A DNA stretch of 64,000 nucleotides from Carcharhinus longimanus (taxonomy: Eukaryota). Positions 41,265 through 55,380 of the stretch are shown in pieces (within the stretch, counting starts at the first letter, position 1; each line of letters opens with the position of its first letter). The notes beneath the pieces are model-generated. The model was not told where the DNA came from and did no database searches. It saw only the letters and a program-made list of their open reading frames with translations. Both the position numbers and the translations under genes were made by a program. The stretch spans positions 12,743,574-12,807,573 of the forward strand of contig JASCQW010000168.1 of the NCBI GenBank assembly GCA_030264375.1. The letters are read 5' to 3'.

Positions 41265-41578
41265 TATTTAAAGTTAAAATTAATTTATTAGTCACAAGTA
41301 GGCTTACATTAATACTGCAATGAAGTTACTGTGAAAATCCCTGAGTCACCACACTCTGGCGCCCGTTCAGGTACACAGAGGGAGAATTTAGCATGGCCAA
41401 TGCACCTAACCAGCACATCTTTGGACTGTGGGAGGAAACCGGAGCACTCGGAGGAAACCCATGCAGATATGGGGAGAAGGTGCACACTCCGTACAGACAG
41501 TGACCCGAGACAGGAATCGAACGCGGGTCCCTGGCACTGTGAGACAGCAGTGCTAATCATTGTGTCACCGTATCACCC
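41265..41578 (-). mobile_element. HE1-type SINE with alternative 3' tail
   Basis: Reverse complement of the 7408-7712 type. Confidence 0.87.
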
Positions 41579-42379
41579 AGATGAAAAAAAGGTTATACCA
41601 ATCAGGAAGAGTGAGCTTTCAAATACATCAGTGACTATTTAGTGCTCAGTTTTGATATCTCTCAAACAATCATGTGCCACAGGGAAAAGCCTCAAACATT
41701 TTTCTTGCTGCTTAAGTATGGTTCAGAATCCACAGCAAGAAGGAACTGCAACAGCCACACAATCCACAGCTAAGAGGTTACCCAAAGACCAAAGCTGCAG
41801 GGCATCCCTTCAATATTTGGTGTCACTGTACAGCAAACAAGAGCCCAAAAATGTTCAAACCCCTGCCCTAAAGGATCACGTTGGAAATTATGAGAAAGTA
41901 TTTGAAATGTGATAAGAATAGAACGTGTGGATCTGTGAATATCTCAGTAATCAGATTAATCTTAGTGTATTATGGTTTGACTGTTGTGCAAAGTTTCCTA
42001 TCATGTGTTGAGACTGATGAGGGGAAATCAATTGTCAAGTCAGATAAAAGTCGAACAGGATATTGAAGAGTTATTGAGGTGACATGGTAGATTTAGTGCC
42101 AGACAGGCAGAGGTAATAGATGGATGTGAGGCAATTAGACAGCTCCCAATGCACACTATTTCAAAACAGAGTTGAGAAAGTGACTTATCTAGCAAAACAC
42201 GTTGTTCTAGGGTTGATAACCATTTAAGTTGACACACTAAGAGAACTAAAATCAAGTCTGATGAACCCCTTCATATGCCCAATAACTCCAACAAAAACCT
42301 TCACAAAACATGGACACAAGCAATGCATGTTTTCATGCACTCCACAGACCAACCTCAATAAATGCTTTTAAAAACACCA

Positions 42380-42770
42380 AACTAATAAACCCTTCATATG
42401 CCAACCCCAATGAACACCTCCCATATCACATTCACAAATCAATAAACCCTTCATTTACCAAGCCCTGGTAAACCCCTTCACAGAGCTCATATGCCAACTC
42501 CAGTAAACCCCTTTACATAGTCCACATACCAACCCCAATAAATCCGTTTACATAGTCCACACACCAACCCCAGTAAACCCCTTTACACAGTACACATACC
42601 AACCCCAGTAAACCCCTTTACACAGTCCACATACCAACCCCAGTAAACCCCTTTAGTCCACATACCAACCCCAGTAAATCCCTTCAGACAGCCCATACAC
42701 CAACTTCAGTAAACCCCTTCAGACAGTCCACATACCAACCCCTGTAAATCTCTTCACAAACCTCATACCA
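42380..42770. repeat. Minisatellite, ~34-35 bp unit (cacataccaaccccagtaaacccctttacacagtc)
   Basis: About 8-10 visible degenerate tandem copies. Confidence 0.9.
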
Positions 42771-45674
42771 AGTCACAAAAACCTTCTCAAATAAGTTGTA
42801 TCTATCCATGTTTACATGAGGCTCTGGAGGATAGTTGGTCCCTGTGTGTCTACCCTCAACAGAGGAAGAAAATAAAATAGGGGTCAAGCACAAATTTGAT
42901 TTATTGTCACCTAGAAAAATTGCGAAGTATCAATAATGTCTGTTGACAGTAAATGCTGTGTAACTGCTGCAAATTTTAAGCTGTCTAAGAGGTAAATAAA
43001 CAGCACATAGCCTTCTGGGAATCCTCAATTCCACAGTATCAGAATCCATGGTGGTGGCAAGGTGAAAAGGAGAAAGAGGAGTGTAGGGGGCTGTAGTTTT
43101 GGGTGGGGAGGAGTGGGATGGGTGGAGTCATTGTTTCCAGTTGTGGGTTGCATAATACAATTTTCCACTAAAATAATACAAATAGACTAAGCAAAATGTA
43201 GAAAAACATTGACAAGTGTTAACTGCGTTAATTGTCATTGGTAATGGCACTGCACTTCAGGGGTATTTCTAACTTGCTAAGTAAATTATCGTGGGATTTT
43301 AAAACAAAGATGCAATAGACTATGACAGATGGAGAAAATGAGAGAGGTGACGGGTTCACATTTTTATCACGACAACCCGATCAATTAATTTGTGTGCTGA
43401 GACTCGGTGGGAGGTGCTGCAGCGTTCTGAGTTTTACCTGGCACAGGTTGGGTCACTGAGTGTTCTGACTGTGAGCCATTAGCTCCATGATATAACATAC
43501 AGAGAGCACGCCAAGCAGAAGATGCTCAAGTGCCCAGCAGGTCATTTATCATCTGAAAGGGAANNNNNNNNNNCCTTTCACTTTCAGATGCTGAATGACA
43601 ACTGTTTATTGTTTTTATTTTGGATCTCCACTAAGTATAGGGTTTTTCCTCATCTTCTAATATGCTTTATTAAAGTGCATTCAACCATTGCTTGTACAAT
43701 ACAACAGTAACTACACTTCAAGAATTACTTCCTTGGTTGTAAAGTGCTTTGGAAAGCCCAGAGGTTCTGAAAGGCGCTGTATGAATGCAACGTCTTTCTT
43801 TCTTATGCTGCCTGTTTAGTTTTGGCTTTTAGTGCTAAATTTTACAGATGTTGACAAGGAAACTGGTATGCGGAGTATAATTATCCATGAAAGCAGCCAT
43901 CATTTTGCTCTTTCTAAAACACTGGTTAAACCCACCAGTGAAGGACAGATGCTTCTTCCAGACTGTTCTTGGCGAGTTTGAAGAACATTATGTGATTAAG
44001 ATCTCATGGGAGCATTTCAATTTAAAATAAGATTCTGAGCTTGAAAGTGAAGTGGAAAGGACAATATGAAGAGATGCAGATGTTCGTCGAGGAGGTAAAA
44101 CAATGAAGTGAAACAAAAGAGATCATTTCTCCAAAGCGTCTTTTGTAATTATATAAGAGAGCGTGTGTGTGCATGAGTGCATATATGTATATCATTTGTG
44201 TGTGTATACATTTGTATATTTGTTATGTTTAATTTGTTTCATTTATAGTCACAGAGCTACTACAAGTAGGAGTTCTTTTAAAGACTTGGCTGTGGCAATC
44301 TGCCCATCTGTTTTGGACGGCAGATTTCACAGCACCAGCAGCAAAAGACAAACAGCTGTGGTTTGCATGTCCACATTGGTTTGCAGATTGCAATTGTATT
44401 TCTGACTTTCATTTTCCAGTAAAGTCCTGAAACCTGGAAAACACATTCAGTAAAATGGCGGCTGACAGAACAGCTGTTTTCAGTTCTACTTTGGTACAGC
44501 AGTATCTGAATGTGGGGGAAATCAATCACCATCTTCGTGTGGCTCTTACAGAGGCAGCAGTGTTGACCAATTTACCTCAGACCCTGACAGTGTTATAAAG
44601 TAAATGTAGCATTGGAGCATGTTTAACTAGACAATGTGCCTGAATGGAGGTTTGCCAACAGTATGAACCATACTGCGAAGTGGAGGAGAGGGTGGTAGTA
44701 TTTTTCCTGTGTTATTTAATTATTTTAATTTAAACTGTGAGTACTGCTCATACCTCTGTGCACTCGTTAAGTGAAGTTACTGGATCATACGAGGAAATTG
44801 ATCTAACATAAGACAACACATTAACTGATGTGGCTTTATGGGTTATGCCATCATAACTTACTCAAGATTGGGCAGAGTAATTCAGAAGGTGTCAAGAGCA
44901 CTGACTGATTAAATAAAAATATTCATGAATACAGCTCAGTTAGCGAAGCCACATGGACCACAGATGTTAGGTTCAATTCCACTGAGTGATTAGTTATAGC
45001 AGATTGAGGAGGAACAGAAACATTACCAATAATGGAGGGACACTCAACATCAGAATCACTCAAGTGAAACAGGCACAAGTATCCGTTTCATTTTATCATC
45101 ATCGGTGTTGTGGTTGGGGCTATAAATTGGGCACAAAAATCTTGGGTTGGGGATGTGGATATCAGGCCTGCTTTGTGCTCCTGATCACAATTAATTCAGC
45201 CAGGGACTGTCTTGGCAGTGATGTCTCCCTACATCAGATCAACTGTTGGCATTCACCGTATGAGCTCGGCCATGGAGAATGGTCATTTTGGCAAGGTAAT
45301 GGCAGACTCCTGTATAATTCCAGCAACAGTTAAAGAAGAGGATGAAACTGGTGAAAATATTTTTTTGAACTGCTTTGATGATACAGAATATGAAACCTCC
45401 AAATGGGGTACCCCAGAGGTAACCCCTTAACTGTACTATAGGATGCCTCGGAAGTCTCATAACATCAATTACTAAGTAATTACGCAGGAAGTGTGGACTT
45501 CAGATGGGTAGTTCCCCTGCTAGTGGAATCCTCTGAAATAATCTCTGACTCTTGAGTTAGAGTGGGAGATTTTTGAATGTTCCTGACTTACTTACCTGAA
45601 TAGTTACCTAGGAAAAGTTAGCAGGATTAAAACTGATTCTTACTCTTGGGCAACTATATTACTCCTAACCAACT

Positions 45675-46070
45675 CCCCCCCCTCCCCACCCCCCAACTCC
45701 ATCCCCAGGACACACCCACTGACGCCTCACCGGAACTCCAACTGTTCTTCGACTCTCTAACTCACGCCTGATCCCCCAACTATCATCTCCAAGCTCCAAC
45801 TAGCTTCCAATTCAACTACCTCCCACCGATTCCCCAACATGACTCCCTCCCATCTTCCACCTGACTGCCCTGCCCCAATCCCCCGAACACGCTAACTCTT
45901 CAGCCACCTACCACCGTACCTCTTCACCCACTAACCTGCCACCCGACCCCCCCGCACCCACCCACCTACCCTTTACATCCTCACCCACACACCTGCTTCC
46001 CCACTGCCTCACACACTCACCATAACGTACCACTCACTTACTTACCCACTTACCTTACACACCTACCTTC
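45675..46070. repeat. C-rich low-complexity tract
   Basis: ccacc/cctacc runs, probably the interior of an old element. Confidence 0.7.
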
Positions 46071-46614
46071 TCGCTGTAGCTTCTGCAACTGGCTCTGGGA
46101 TCATTAAACTCGCTGTATCCCGGATTGGCAGCTCATGCTGTAGTGTAGGAATGCTACACTGAGTAAGTTTGGAAGGTTCTCCATTGGAAGATGGTTCCAA
46201 AAAAATTGTCGGAGGCAAGTAGGTAACCTTGTGTCTGATCTGGGTGGTAAACAGGAGTTCTGACCCAGATTGGAAGTTTTGGGTCATTGAGGTTTGCAGT
46301 GCATCTGATTTTGGCCACTCTTCAGTTCCCAACTTCTGACAATGTCAACATCTTGCTGATATATTTTTTGGTGTGCACCATGTCCTGTGATACCTCATGT
46401 TAATAACCATTGCTCATCATCAAGCTCAATAAGTATTGGTGTGATATTTTGCCAAGATGGCGTCATAATAACTGATCTTAATCCAAAAGCAACATTCAAC
46501 AGGCACTTTCCCTCCAGGAAACATTAGGTAGCAAACAAAGCAAGATCTTTGGCTGACGTTCTCCTCTCTACCTGGGACCAGTCACAGCATTCTGACCACA
46601 TGAAAGCTAGGTCA

Positions 46615-47160
46615 TCAAAAATCATAGTTTAATACAGTGTAGAAGGGGGCCATCAAGTCTGTGTCAGCTCTTTCAAAGGGCAATTCAGTTAGTTCCACTT
46701 CCTGGCACTTACCCAATATCATGACAACTTTTCTCCTTCAAATATTTACCCAATTTCCTTTGAGGGCTACTGTTGAATCTTCTTACACCACCCATTAGGC
46801 ATTGCACTCAAAACCTAACCATCCACTACACAAAGAAATTTCCCCTCAGGTCACTTCTGCCAATCACCTTGAATCCATGTCCTTTGATTATCAATCCTTC
46901 AGCTACTGGAAAGCGTTTCTTCTTATTTACTCCATCAAAACCCCTTCATGATTTTAAACACCCTTATTAAATTATCTCTTAGCCTCCTCTGCCCTAAGGA
47001 CAATTCTTCTCCCGTCTAATCACTCAACTGTATTATCCCATTCTTGGAACCACGCAAGTAAATCTCCTCTGCACCCTCCCCAAAGCCTTCACATTCTTCC
47101 TAAAGTTTGGCACCAAGAGTTGGACACAATTCCCCAGTTGGGGACAAACTATTGTTTTAC
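46615..47160 (-). mobile_element. CR1 LINE 3' fragment
   Basis: aaatctcctctgcaccctc..aaagccttcacattc..ttggacacaat (QFW/ALE/VQRRF region). Confidence 0.7.
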
Positions 47161-48514
47161 TTGGGCGACTAATTTAAAGTAGAAAGCGAATAACATTGAA
47201 TTTAAGCTGCTGAAATTTCAAATTTGTTTCTACAAATATGTGGTCACAGAATTCCAATCATATCCCAAGAAGAATCAAATGCTCTGAATTTTAAACATAC
47301 AAGACTTGGATAGTGGTAGAGGCACTGCTGGGGTTGGAAGGGAGGAGACAAATTTAGGATAACAAAAAAGGAAATGGTCATTAATGCTTAATATCTGTAG
47401 TGAGGCCCAGAAATGAGCTTTCAAAGTGGTAGAAATGAATTATTGAGGAGTGGGATAGCAGCACCAGCGGTCAATTAAATTGGAACAAAAACATTTCATC
47501 TTTTTATTAATTCAAATCTCTTGGGCTTTAAAAGAGGAGTAATTAGATATGCATAGAATCCAATAACTTTTTTTTTTACAATTTAACAGAACATTAAGCA
47601 ACATTAAGTTGTGTGAAACTGTAACTTAGATTAGAAGATGAAAGCACATCTGAAGTAATCTGGTCATTAGATGAGTTCCCAGTAGATAATTAATAATTTG
47701 GAAAATATTCAACGTAAATCGCCTCCATTGTTAAGGGTGTAAAAAAAATATAATCTTACAAAAGCATCTGCAATCACATGGAAACATCTTTTAGGGAAAT
47801 GATGGTTCCCATAACCATTTCCTTGAACATTTGTTCCTGTTGAGTGTATAAGTAACATCTGGGTTTTCAGGCTTTAAGCTCCTGTATCCACTGCTTCCCT
47901 TGGTAGAGCAGAAAAGGCTCAAGTGATGAGTATAATGAAATGAATATTAAAGGCTAGCTGATACTTTTGGATTTTATTTTTTCATCATTTTGAACGTATT
48001 TTGGTACCTTAAGTGTGAAGCACCATTTCCAGGAAAGCCAAGAAACTTTATCCAGGCCCTATTGTGAAATAGGGTAGGAGCCAAATGAGAGGAATTCAGT
48101 TGTGATAATAATTAGTAATGCTCATTTTGCATCTCCCTCCGATCCACTGCTCTTTTAACATCTGCTCGAGAGGGATCTTGTCTCATGAGGATTTTGTACC
48201 TGGCTTGTGGTCAATCATGCCAGTGCATCAATCACTCTTCTTCATAACTAAATGGAAGAAAGATAGGATGCTGGAATCCAATAGTTCTGAGATCTGTAGT
48301 GAATTGCAGGAGCTAGCTCCTTGAGGGAAAGCTGCTGGCTATATGACAAAGTTACCCCTAACAGCCTTATCCATCAACTCCAGGGTCCCAATGGTTTGGA
48401 AAACTCTACAGAATTATTGATTCCATAACTGCAGAAAGCAGGCAGAGCTTTGTGGATAAATGGAGACTTAAGCCAGTGAGCCTTTTGTGCACCGCCAGGG
48501 ATTTTGACATGTCC

Positions 48515-48730
48515 CCACCACCAGACTGTCAGACACCTGACGCATACCCAAAAATAGTCTGGCAGGACACAGACATATACCCACCACCAGACACCTAATA
48601 TATACTCACAAATAGCATGGCAAGATTCAGATATATTCCCACCACCAGTGTGCCAGACATCTGATGGGACACCTGAAAATACTCTGCAAAATTCAGACAT
48701 GTATCCACCACCAGACACATAACATCCAAC
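48515..48730. repeat. Degenerate tandem repeat (ccaccaccagac..cagacat unit)
   Basis: About four copies visible. Confidence 0.6.
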
Positions 48731-50905
48731 AATATTGAAATACATAACTGGACTGTCAGAATTCAGCACACACCTTTAAACTGACCAACATTAATTGCAA
48801 AACACAAGACCTTTATACACAAATACGTTATACCAAACAGCTAGGGAGTGAGTTGGATTATTATCTGGGACCTCCCTTTCCCCAAGCAGCCAACATTTCA
48901 GATACAAATCCATCACCACCAGGAAAAGAGGGAAAACGAATGCTCAGTTACAAAAAAAATGACTGAGATTCAAAATAAGGCAATAAAAATACCCTTACCT
49001 TATCATGATGGAGAAAGCCATGATGTGGAGTTGCCAGCGTTGGATTGGGGTAGGCACAGTAAGAAGTCTCACAACACCAGGTTAAAGTCCAACAGGTTTA
49101 TTTGGTAGCACGAGCTTTCGGAGCTTCAAACATATTCTGAAGCTTGCTTTAAAGCGTAATAGCTTTGACTTAATGGCTTTGGAGAGCTTGCCAGCAATCA
49201 TTTAGACTGGCGACAACTTTTCCATCAGGTTGTATCATTTTAAGACCCGCCATCTTAATGATGAGGCAGTGTAGAGGCAAGGAAGGGGAAAAAAAGGAAG
49301 CAAATCCTGGTCTCTGAAACCCACTACCTCTTTGGGAGGCCCTCTCCCATGTGTCCAAATGTCTTCAAGTCAAGAATTAGCCTGTTGAACCATATAATGA
49401 CTCATGCACGAAAGTTGTGATGCTAGGTCAAAGTTATCCTTGAATCGAGGGACTGCTGTCAATGACGATGCTGTTACCAACGATGGTTAATATTTTGATT
49501 GGATGTTGTGAAGAAGTATTGAACTAACTTTAAAATTTAGAATCCTTCGCCTTCAATTTGAAATCTAAATTAATTTTTGATAGGAAGGTACGAAAATATC
49601 CTACTTGGGTATTTCATGATAAATCTTGACTCTGGCCAAGAACCTCCAGCTAAATGTTCCACCAATCACCTATTCTTAAACCACAACGAAAGCAACAGTG
49701 CACATTGAACCATAAGCTATCCCAGAGTAAACAAATGAAGTTTTAAAAGCTGCTGTTTGACTTTCATGACCAGGATTTATTCAAGCTAACCTTGACAGAT
49801 CACCAAATGGAAGCAGTCAGTGAGAGAGATTGTGTGCCAACAAAGAACAGAGATTTGTGACCTCCATTGTTGATGGGGAGCAAACGTCAGAATTGGAGTT
49901 GTCACCACTGGGCAAGGCAGCAAAGAAGCCCCGAGGTTTCTAATCCAGAGTGCCAACTTGGGATACCTATTGGAAATTTGTGTAATTTCCTGCTGGAAAC
50001 TGGCTTCAGGTCATGAGTTTGAAAAACCCCCATCCTTATTCTTTTAAAAAGTAGGCTTATTTAGGTTCAGTTCTGAATATTAAGATTATTAGTTAGAAAT
50101 TACTTTTGGTAGATTAATGTCTGAGTTCATACATCATTCTATTTATTGTTTTAAAAAAAAAACTGGGCTTCATTTTAACATGGACACAAATTTGTGAACT
50201 TATTATTCATCCACTCATATCACTGAAAGTAATTTATAGCCGACTCTTAGTTGTGGATATTTTATTCTAGCCTCAAGTGATTATTTTGGACATTGTCCAT
50301 TAAGTTGGTGACCAGTGGAACTCCCATTTATTATTCCTGTTATACCATCCTCGGAGCAGATAATCAGCCTCCAGTGTATTCCAGTAATGATATGACTGAT
50401 TTTATGAAGTTGCTGTGTGAATGGAATAGATGGTCCTGCATTTACACTCTGGAGTATGCTATACAAGAGCATTTTCTGTGTTTGCCCACCTAAAATGAAA
50501 CCACTCGAAAAAGGGCCTCATTCTCTAGCTTTGCTACTGAGTCTTTCTTTGTGTCTCTGTTAAGTCAAGATTAGATCGGCAGAACTAACTTTTAGGACTT
50601 TACGTTTCTTGAAATGCCCAGATAACACACTACGATTACTTGCCAAAAGAAAATAGTGTAGAGAACAAGCGGCATTGCATCGGTAATGCAACAGAGAACT
50701 AGCATGAATTTTGACTTGTAAGTTTTATTTTCAAAATTTGTGTTGCAATTTAATGAGCATAAACTTTGGTTAAACTTATTGTATAAAAGATGAAATATAT
50801 TGAATATTTATTGTTTGCAAGAAAAAATGCTATGAGGAAAAATTGAATCCATGGGATGTTACTGTTTAATTGATTGTTCTTTTTTTTCATTGTGGTGTAT
50901 TTTAG

Positions 50906-51015
50906 TGTGCCACCTATGGTTGCTGGTGTAGAATGGGCTGTTCCACAGTCATCTAGGTTGAAATACAGGCAACTTTTCAACAGTCATGATAAAACAATGA
51001 GTGGACATTTGACAG
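50906..51015 (+). CDS. ITSN1: Intersectin-1 exon, EH2 N-part: (S)[36 protein letters not shown](G); ectopic, functional status unknown
   Basis: Translation matches vertebrate ITSN1 EH2; tttag| and |gtagga; 110 nt. Confidence 0.93.
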
Positions 51016-52299
51016 GTAGGAGCTTTAGCAAATGGATCATTCTATTTCATTCTAATAAGCTAATTAAATTCACTGGAAAGATTTGACTGCATTCTCTAGA
51101 AAGTGATGAGAAATAACTTCGCTCTCTTTCTCTGCTTCACCATTCACACTTCACAAAATGTTTTCAATCTCTCAAGTAAGATTTTTTTTTTAAAATTGAG
51201 ATTTGCATTTTTGTTATTCATTCGTGACAAGGCCAGCATTTATTGACTGACCCTAACTGCCCTTGAGAAGGTAGTAGTGAGTCAATGCCTTAACAATTGA
51301 GTGGCTTACTGGGCCACTTCAGAGGGCAATTAAGGGTCAGTTGCATTAATGCAGGCCTGGAGTCTCTCATAATCCAGACTGAGTAAGGGTAACCAATTTC
51401 CTTTCAGAAAGGACAGGATGAACTTTTTACTCTGGTCAACCACAATTACAGTTGCTTTATATTCCAGATTTATTTAACTAATTGAATTTAAATTCCACAA
51501 CTGGCAAGAGAGGATTTCAATTCATATTTTTGGTCATTAGACCAAGTTTCTGCTTTACTAGGCCATTATCAGATTCACTCTGCTACCATTCCTATATTAA
51601 TATCCTAATCCTTATATACCAACAAATCTGCCTTTACTTTATTTGGTTTCTGAAACCTCGTTGGAAACCTGATTCAAATCTGTTTGCACAAATGCCAAAC
51701 TCCTTAACCACCTTAATTTGACTACTGTCAGGACAAACCACTTTTCAGTCTTTACAACTTCTAATAAATTGCCATATATTCATAATGGTACCTTTGCTGT
51801 CTCTTCCTGAATTTTTAATAATCTGAGAAAGCAATCCATCCATTCCAGGGCTCGTATCCTCTCTGACCATGTCAGCTTGCAGGATTTCACAGATTTGTCA
51901 GAGCCGTCACAAAGGGCTTAATCTTCGGGCCGCTCTAGAGCAATGGTGACAGGTACTATGAGTTCTTGCTCTGATCTTAAAATTAGTTAGGACTCTAGAT
52001 GAAAATGTAATGAAACTGCTCCGGCCAAGTCTTTGACCTTCAATGTATTCCTTTCGTCTGGATAAAGGACCTGTTGTTTAAAATAGACATTTCTTCTTAA
52101 TGAGCTTTTTTTTTAAAAAAGGAAAAAGTTACCCCCACCCCAGGTTTTTAAAGAATCCTGTAATTCTTCAATGGTATTAAAAGACTAGGGCTTTCATGCC
52201 TGTGATTTCTTGCAACTTTAACCTTGGAATGACCATGACGGAAATGAATGGATGGCTTGTACTTCCACAATGCATGAAAAGGCATGTTGTCAATTATTT

Positions 52300-52600
52300 T
52301 GAATCATAGAATCCCAGAATGCAAAAGCAGGCCATTCAGCCCATTGACCCTGCACCACCATAATCCCATCCAGGTCCTGTTCCCATGCCCCACGCATTTA
52401 CTCTGGCTAGCCCCCAGGGCCATTTTAAATTGGCCAGTCCACCTAACCCGCACATCTTTGGTCTGTGGGAGGAAACCAGAGCACCCGGAGGAAACCCACA
52501 CAGGCACAGGAAGAATGTGCAGATTTCACACACGCACTGATCCAAGCTGGGAATCGAACCCAAGTCCCTGGCATTGAGTGCTAACCACTGTGCCACCGTC
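52300..52600 (-). mobile_element. HE1 SINE within the ITSN1 intron
   Basis: Reverse complement of the HE1 pattern. Confidence 0.9.
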
Positions 52601-53505
52601 CAATTAATGGATATGTTTTTAGGAACTCCATAGGCCAAAGAGGCTGTTGGTGCAGACTGTTATCTTTTTGTCCAGGAATGGGGTGGTGTATGAGGGGTGA
52701 GGAAGAGAATTGGTGAGTTTTGAAGAAGTTAATTGCGACTTCACAATTTTTTTTCTTCAAAAGCGTTTGAGAAGGACTTTATTCTTTCAATATTCTTGCA
52801 TAAAATAACATGTTAAAACAATGAACAGTTCATTTTTTCAAGTTTATATTTGTTAATTGCTACTTACTGCAATGCACATTCCACATTCTGATTGCATCTT
52901 CACTTCCACTCTGCTGAAAGTTGTTCATTTTAACCAATCTGATCTCATTTTGTGGGGCTTCCTATGTAAAATCATGTCTTGAATGCAAGTGCTAGAAATG
53001 GTGCAGAAAATCCTCAAGCATGTTATCCGTTCAATAGCTGTAATTTATTGGTTTATTCTAATAATCCCTCTGTGTACATGAGTAATATCATTTGTTTTCA
53101 CCTTTTTTCTAATCTTAAATGCTTTTTATTTTCCTCCTTTGTCTGCAGCTCCTGCTTTCTTAATCTTTCCCTTTTTCGTTTTTCTGCCTTATTCATCTCA
53201 CTTTCTGTATAGCATATTTATTTTTAGATCCTGAGAAGAAATGGCCTTGGCTAAAAATGGCAGCCAAGATTCAGTGATTATTTCTTTTCTCCCTTTGAGC
53301 TTGTATTACAAACTCACTTATTTTTTTTTCTAGTTCCATTTAGTGCATTTTTTCGCAGAAGATGGAACTCCTTGAAGTCATAAATATTATCATCTGCATC
53401 TCTATTCCAAGTAGCAATTTGTCAAATTACAGGAATGAATGAAATATGTAAAACATTTCACAATGCAGTAAACAAAGCTGAATGGAGACATTTTCATTTT
53501 TACAG

Positions 53506-53569
53506 GTCCACAAGCAAGAACCATCTTAATGCAATCCAGTTTACCGCAGGCTCAGTTAGCATCCATATG
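53506..53569 (+). CDS. ITSN1: Intersectin-1 exon, EH2 middle: (G)[20 protein letters not shown](W); ectopic
   Basis: 64 nt, tacag| and |gtaagt; in phase with both neighbouring ITSN1 exons. Confidence 0.93.
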
Positions 53570-53769
53570 GTAAGTATTTTCCCAACAAATCATTTACAAA
53601 CAAATTATTTCCTAAGATCTGGCATGAGAATTTGAACAATCTACTTGTCAGAGAGATGATGCACGAAGCTTGAGTTACTTGAATCTGTGACTAGATGTAG
53701 GACAGATGATTGTTTAGGATAGAATCTCTTTTGCTCCTCTCATCACATTTTCTCCCCTCCATTTTTTTA

Positions 53770-54870
53770 ATTCATTCATGGGATGTGAGTGTTGTTGGCT
53801 AAGCCATTATTTATTGCCCATCCCAAATTGCCCTTGAGAAGATGGTGGTGAGCTGACTTCTTGAACATTGCAGTCCTTGTGGTGTTAGGTGCATCCGCAG
53901 TGCTGCTGGGGAGGGTGTTCCAGGATTTTGACTCAGCGTCAGTGAAGGAATAGCGATACATTTCCAAGTTAAGATGGCGTTTGGCTTGGAGGGGAACTTT
54001 AGGTGGTTGTGTTATGTGTCTGCTGCACTGTCCTTTTAGAGGCTCGAGGTCATGAGTTTGGATGGTGCTATTTCAGAAACCTTGGTGAATTGCAGTGTAT
54101 CTTGTAGATGGTTCACACTGTTGTCACTATGGTGGAGGGAATGAATGTTTGTAGATGGGGTGCCAGGTAAACAGGTCATTAAGAATACATCTGTTAAGTA
54201 GAAAGTATACAGTTTTCTCCTGTCTAATTGTTAACAGGATGAGCAGTGCTTTAATTTCCCGTTCCCTTCCATAGAAGTATCAAGCTTCCACTCCATACCG
54301 CCCTCTAAATAGAACAACTCAGATTTTGAATTAGCTGTATGTGGTATCCGGGTCTAAAATTGATAATGTTCTGTAACTGTGTGGCTGAACATTTTTGACA
54401 GTCATTAAACCATTTATTAACATGAATCATCTGTAGTTCAGATGAATCTTTCACTTAGAACCTGTATTCAGATCCATCTGGCTATTATGTGATGAAAGGC
54501 TCATTTGGTGGTAGTAAAGATCCTGTGTGAAAATTGTTTGGGAAGTTGTAATTGTATGCATGAGCTTCTTGCACAAAATTTCTTGGTTATTCTGTGTGGA
54601 GATAGAGTTTGAAAGGTACTGTCGAAGAAATCCTTGAGTTGCTGTAATGAATCTTGTAGATGGTGCACACTGCAGTCTGCTACTGGTGGAGGAATGAATG
54701 CTTCGGCCAGCGGGTGGGGTATTGAACAAGGGAGCTGCTTTGTCTTGGATGCTGTCAGGTTTCCTGAGTGTTGATGGATTTGCACTCATCCAGACAAGTG
54801 ATGAGTATTCCATAACATTCCTGTTTACCTTATAGATATCAGAAAGAATGTGGAATTGCAGCCTCAATTG
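53770..54870 (-). mobile_element. Two CR1-clade 3' fragments (~53770-54170 and ~54600-54870)
   Basis: AHHHLLKGN tail; MEYSSLVWMSANPSTLRKPDSIQDKA. Confidence 0.75.
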
Positions 54871-55099
54871 TCTTGATACTCCAAGCTTCCCTTCGTAGCT
54901 GTGTTTCTATGAGGAGAGAAAACCCTGAGGGAAGAGCTTCTCTGAGTACTGTTTATGCAGATTCTAATCCTGGCTTTAGAGGTTTTATACCTCGGGGTAA
55001 ACATGGGTGTGGTAGGGTTTAAAAATACCTCCAATGAAACACATTCATCAGGCCACCAAAAGATGGTTAAAGCTATTAAATTTGTTTTATAAATTTTAT

Positions 55100-55330
55100 T
55101 TTATGTAGAGTAAGAAGTCTCAACTACAGTTTAAATTCCAACAGGTTTATTTGGTGTCATAAGCTTTTGGAGCATTGCTCCTTCATTAGGTGAGTGGGTA
55201 ATGATGCAGGAGCAGCACTCCGAAAGCTCGTGATACCAAATGAACCTGTTAGACTTTAACCTGATGTTGTGAGACTTCTTACTGTGCCCACCTCAGTCTA
55301 ATGCCAGCATCTCCACAATACTTTATGTAG
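55100..55330 (+). mobile_element. Short inverted-arm Penelope-like element nested in the ITSN1 intron, with two degenerate hammerhead motifs
   Basis: TSD TTTATGTAG at 55100-55108 and 55322-55330; arms ~55109-55195 and ~55201-55282 inverted; tail to ~55317. Confidence 0.8.
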
Positions 55331-55380
55331 GCCTATTTCATTTTCCACCTTCCAACAAATCTCTTGTTAATTCCCTACAG

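Noticed and set aside
42380-42770. Regularly spaced repeats resembling a CRISPR array
   Set aside because: Head-to-tail minisatellite with no unique spacers, in vertebrate DNA
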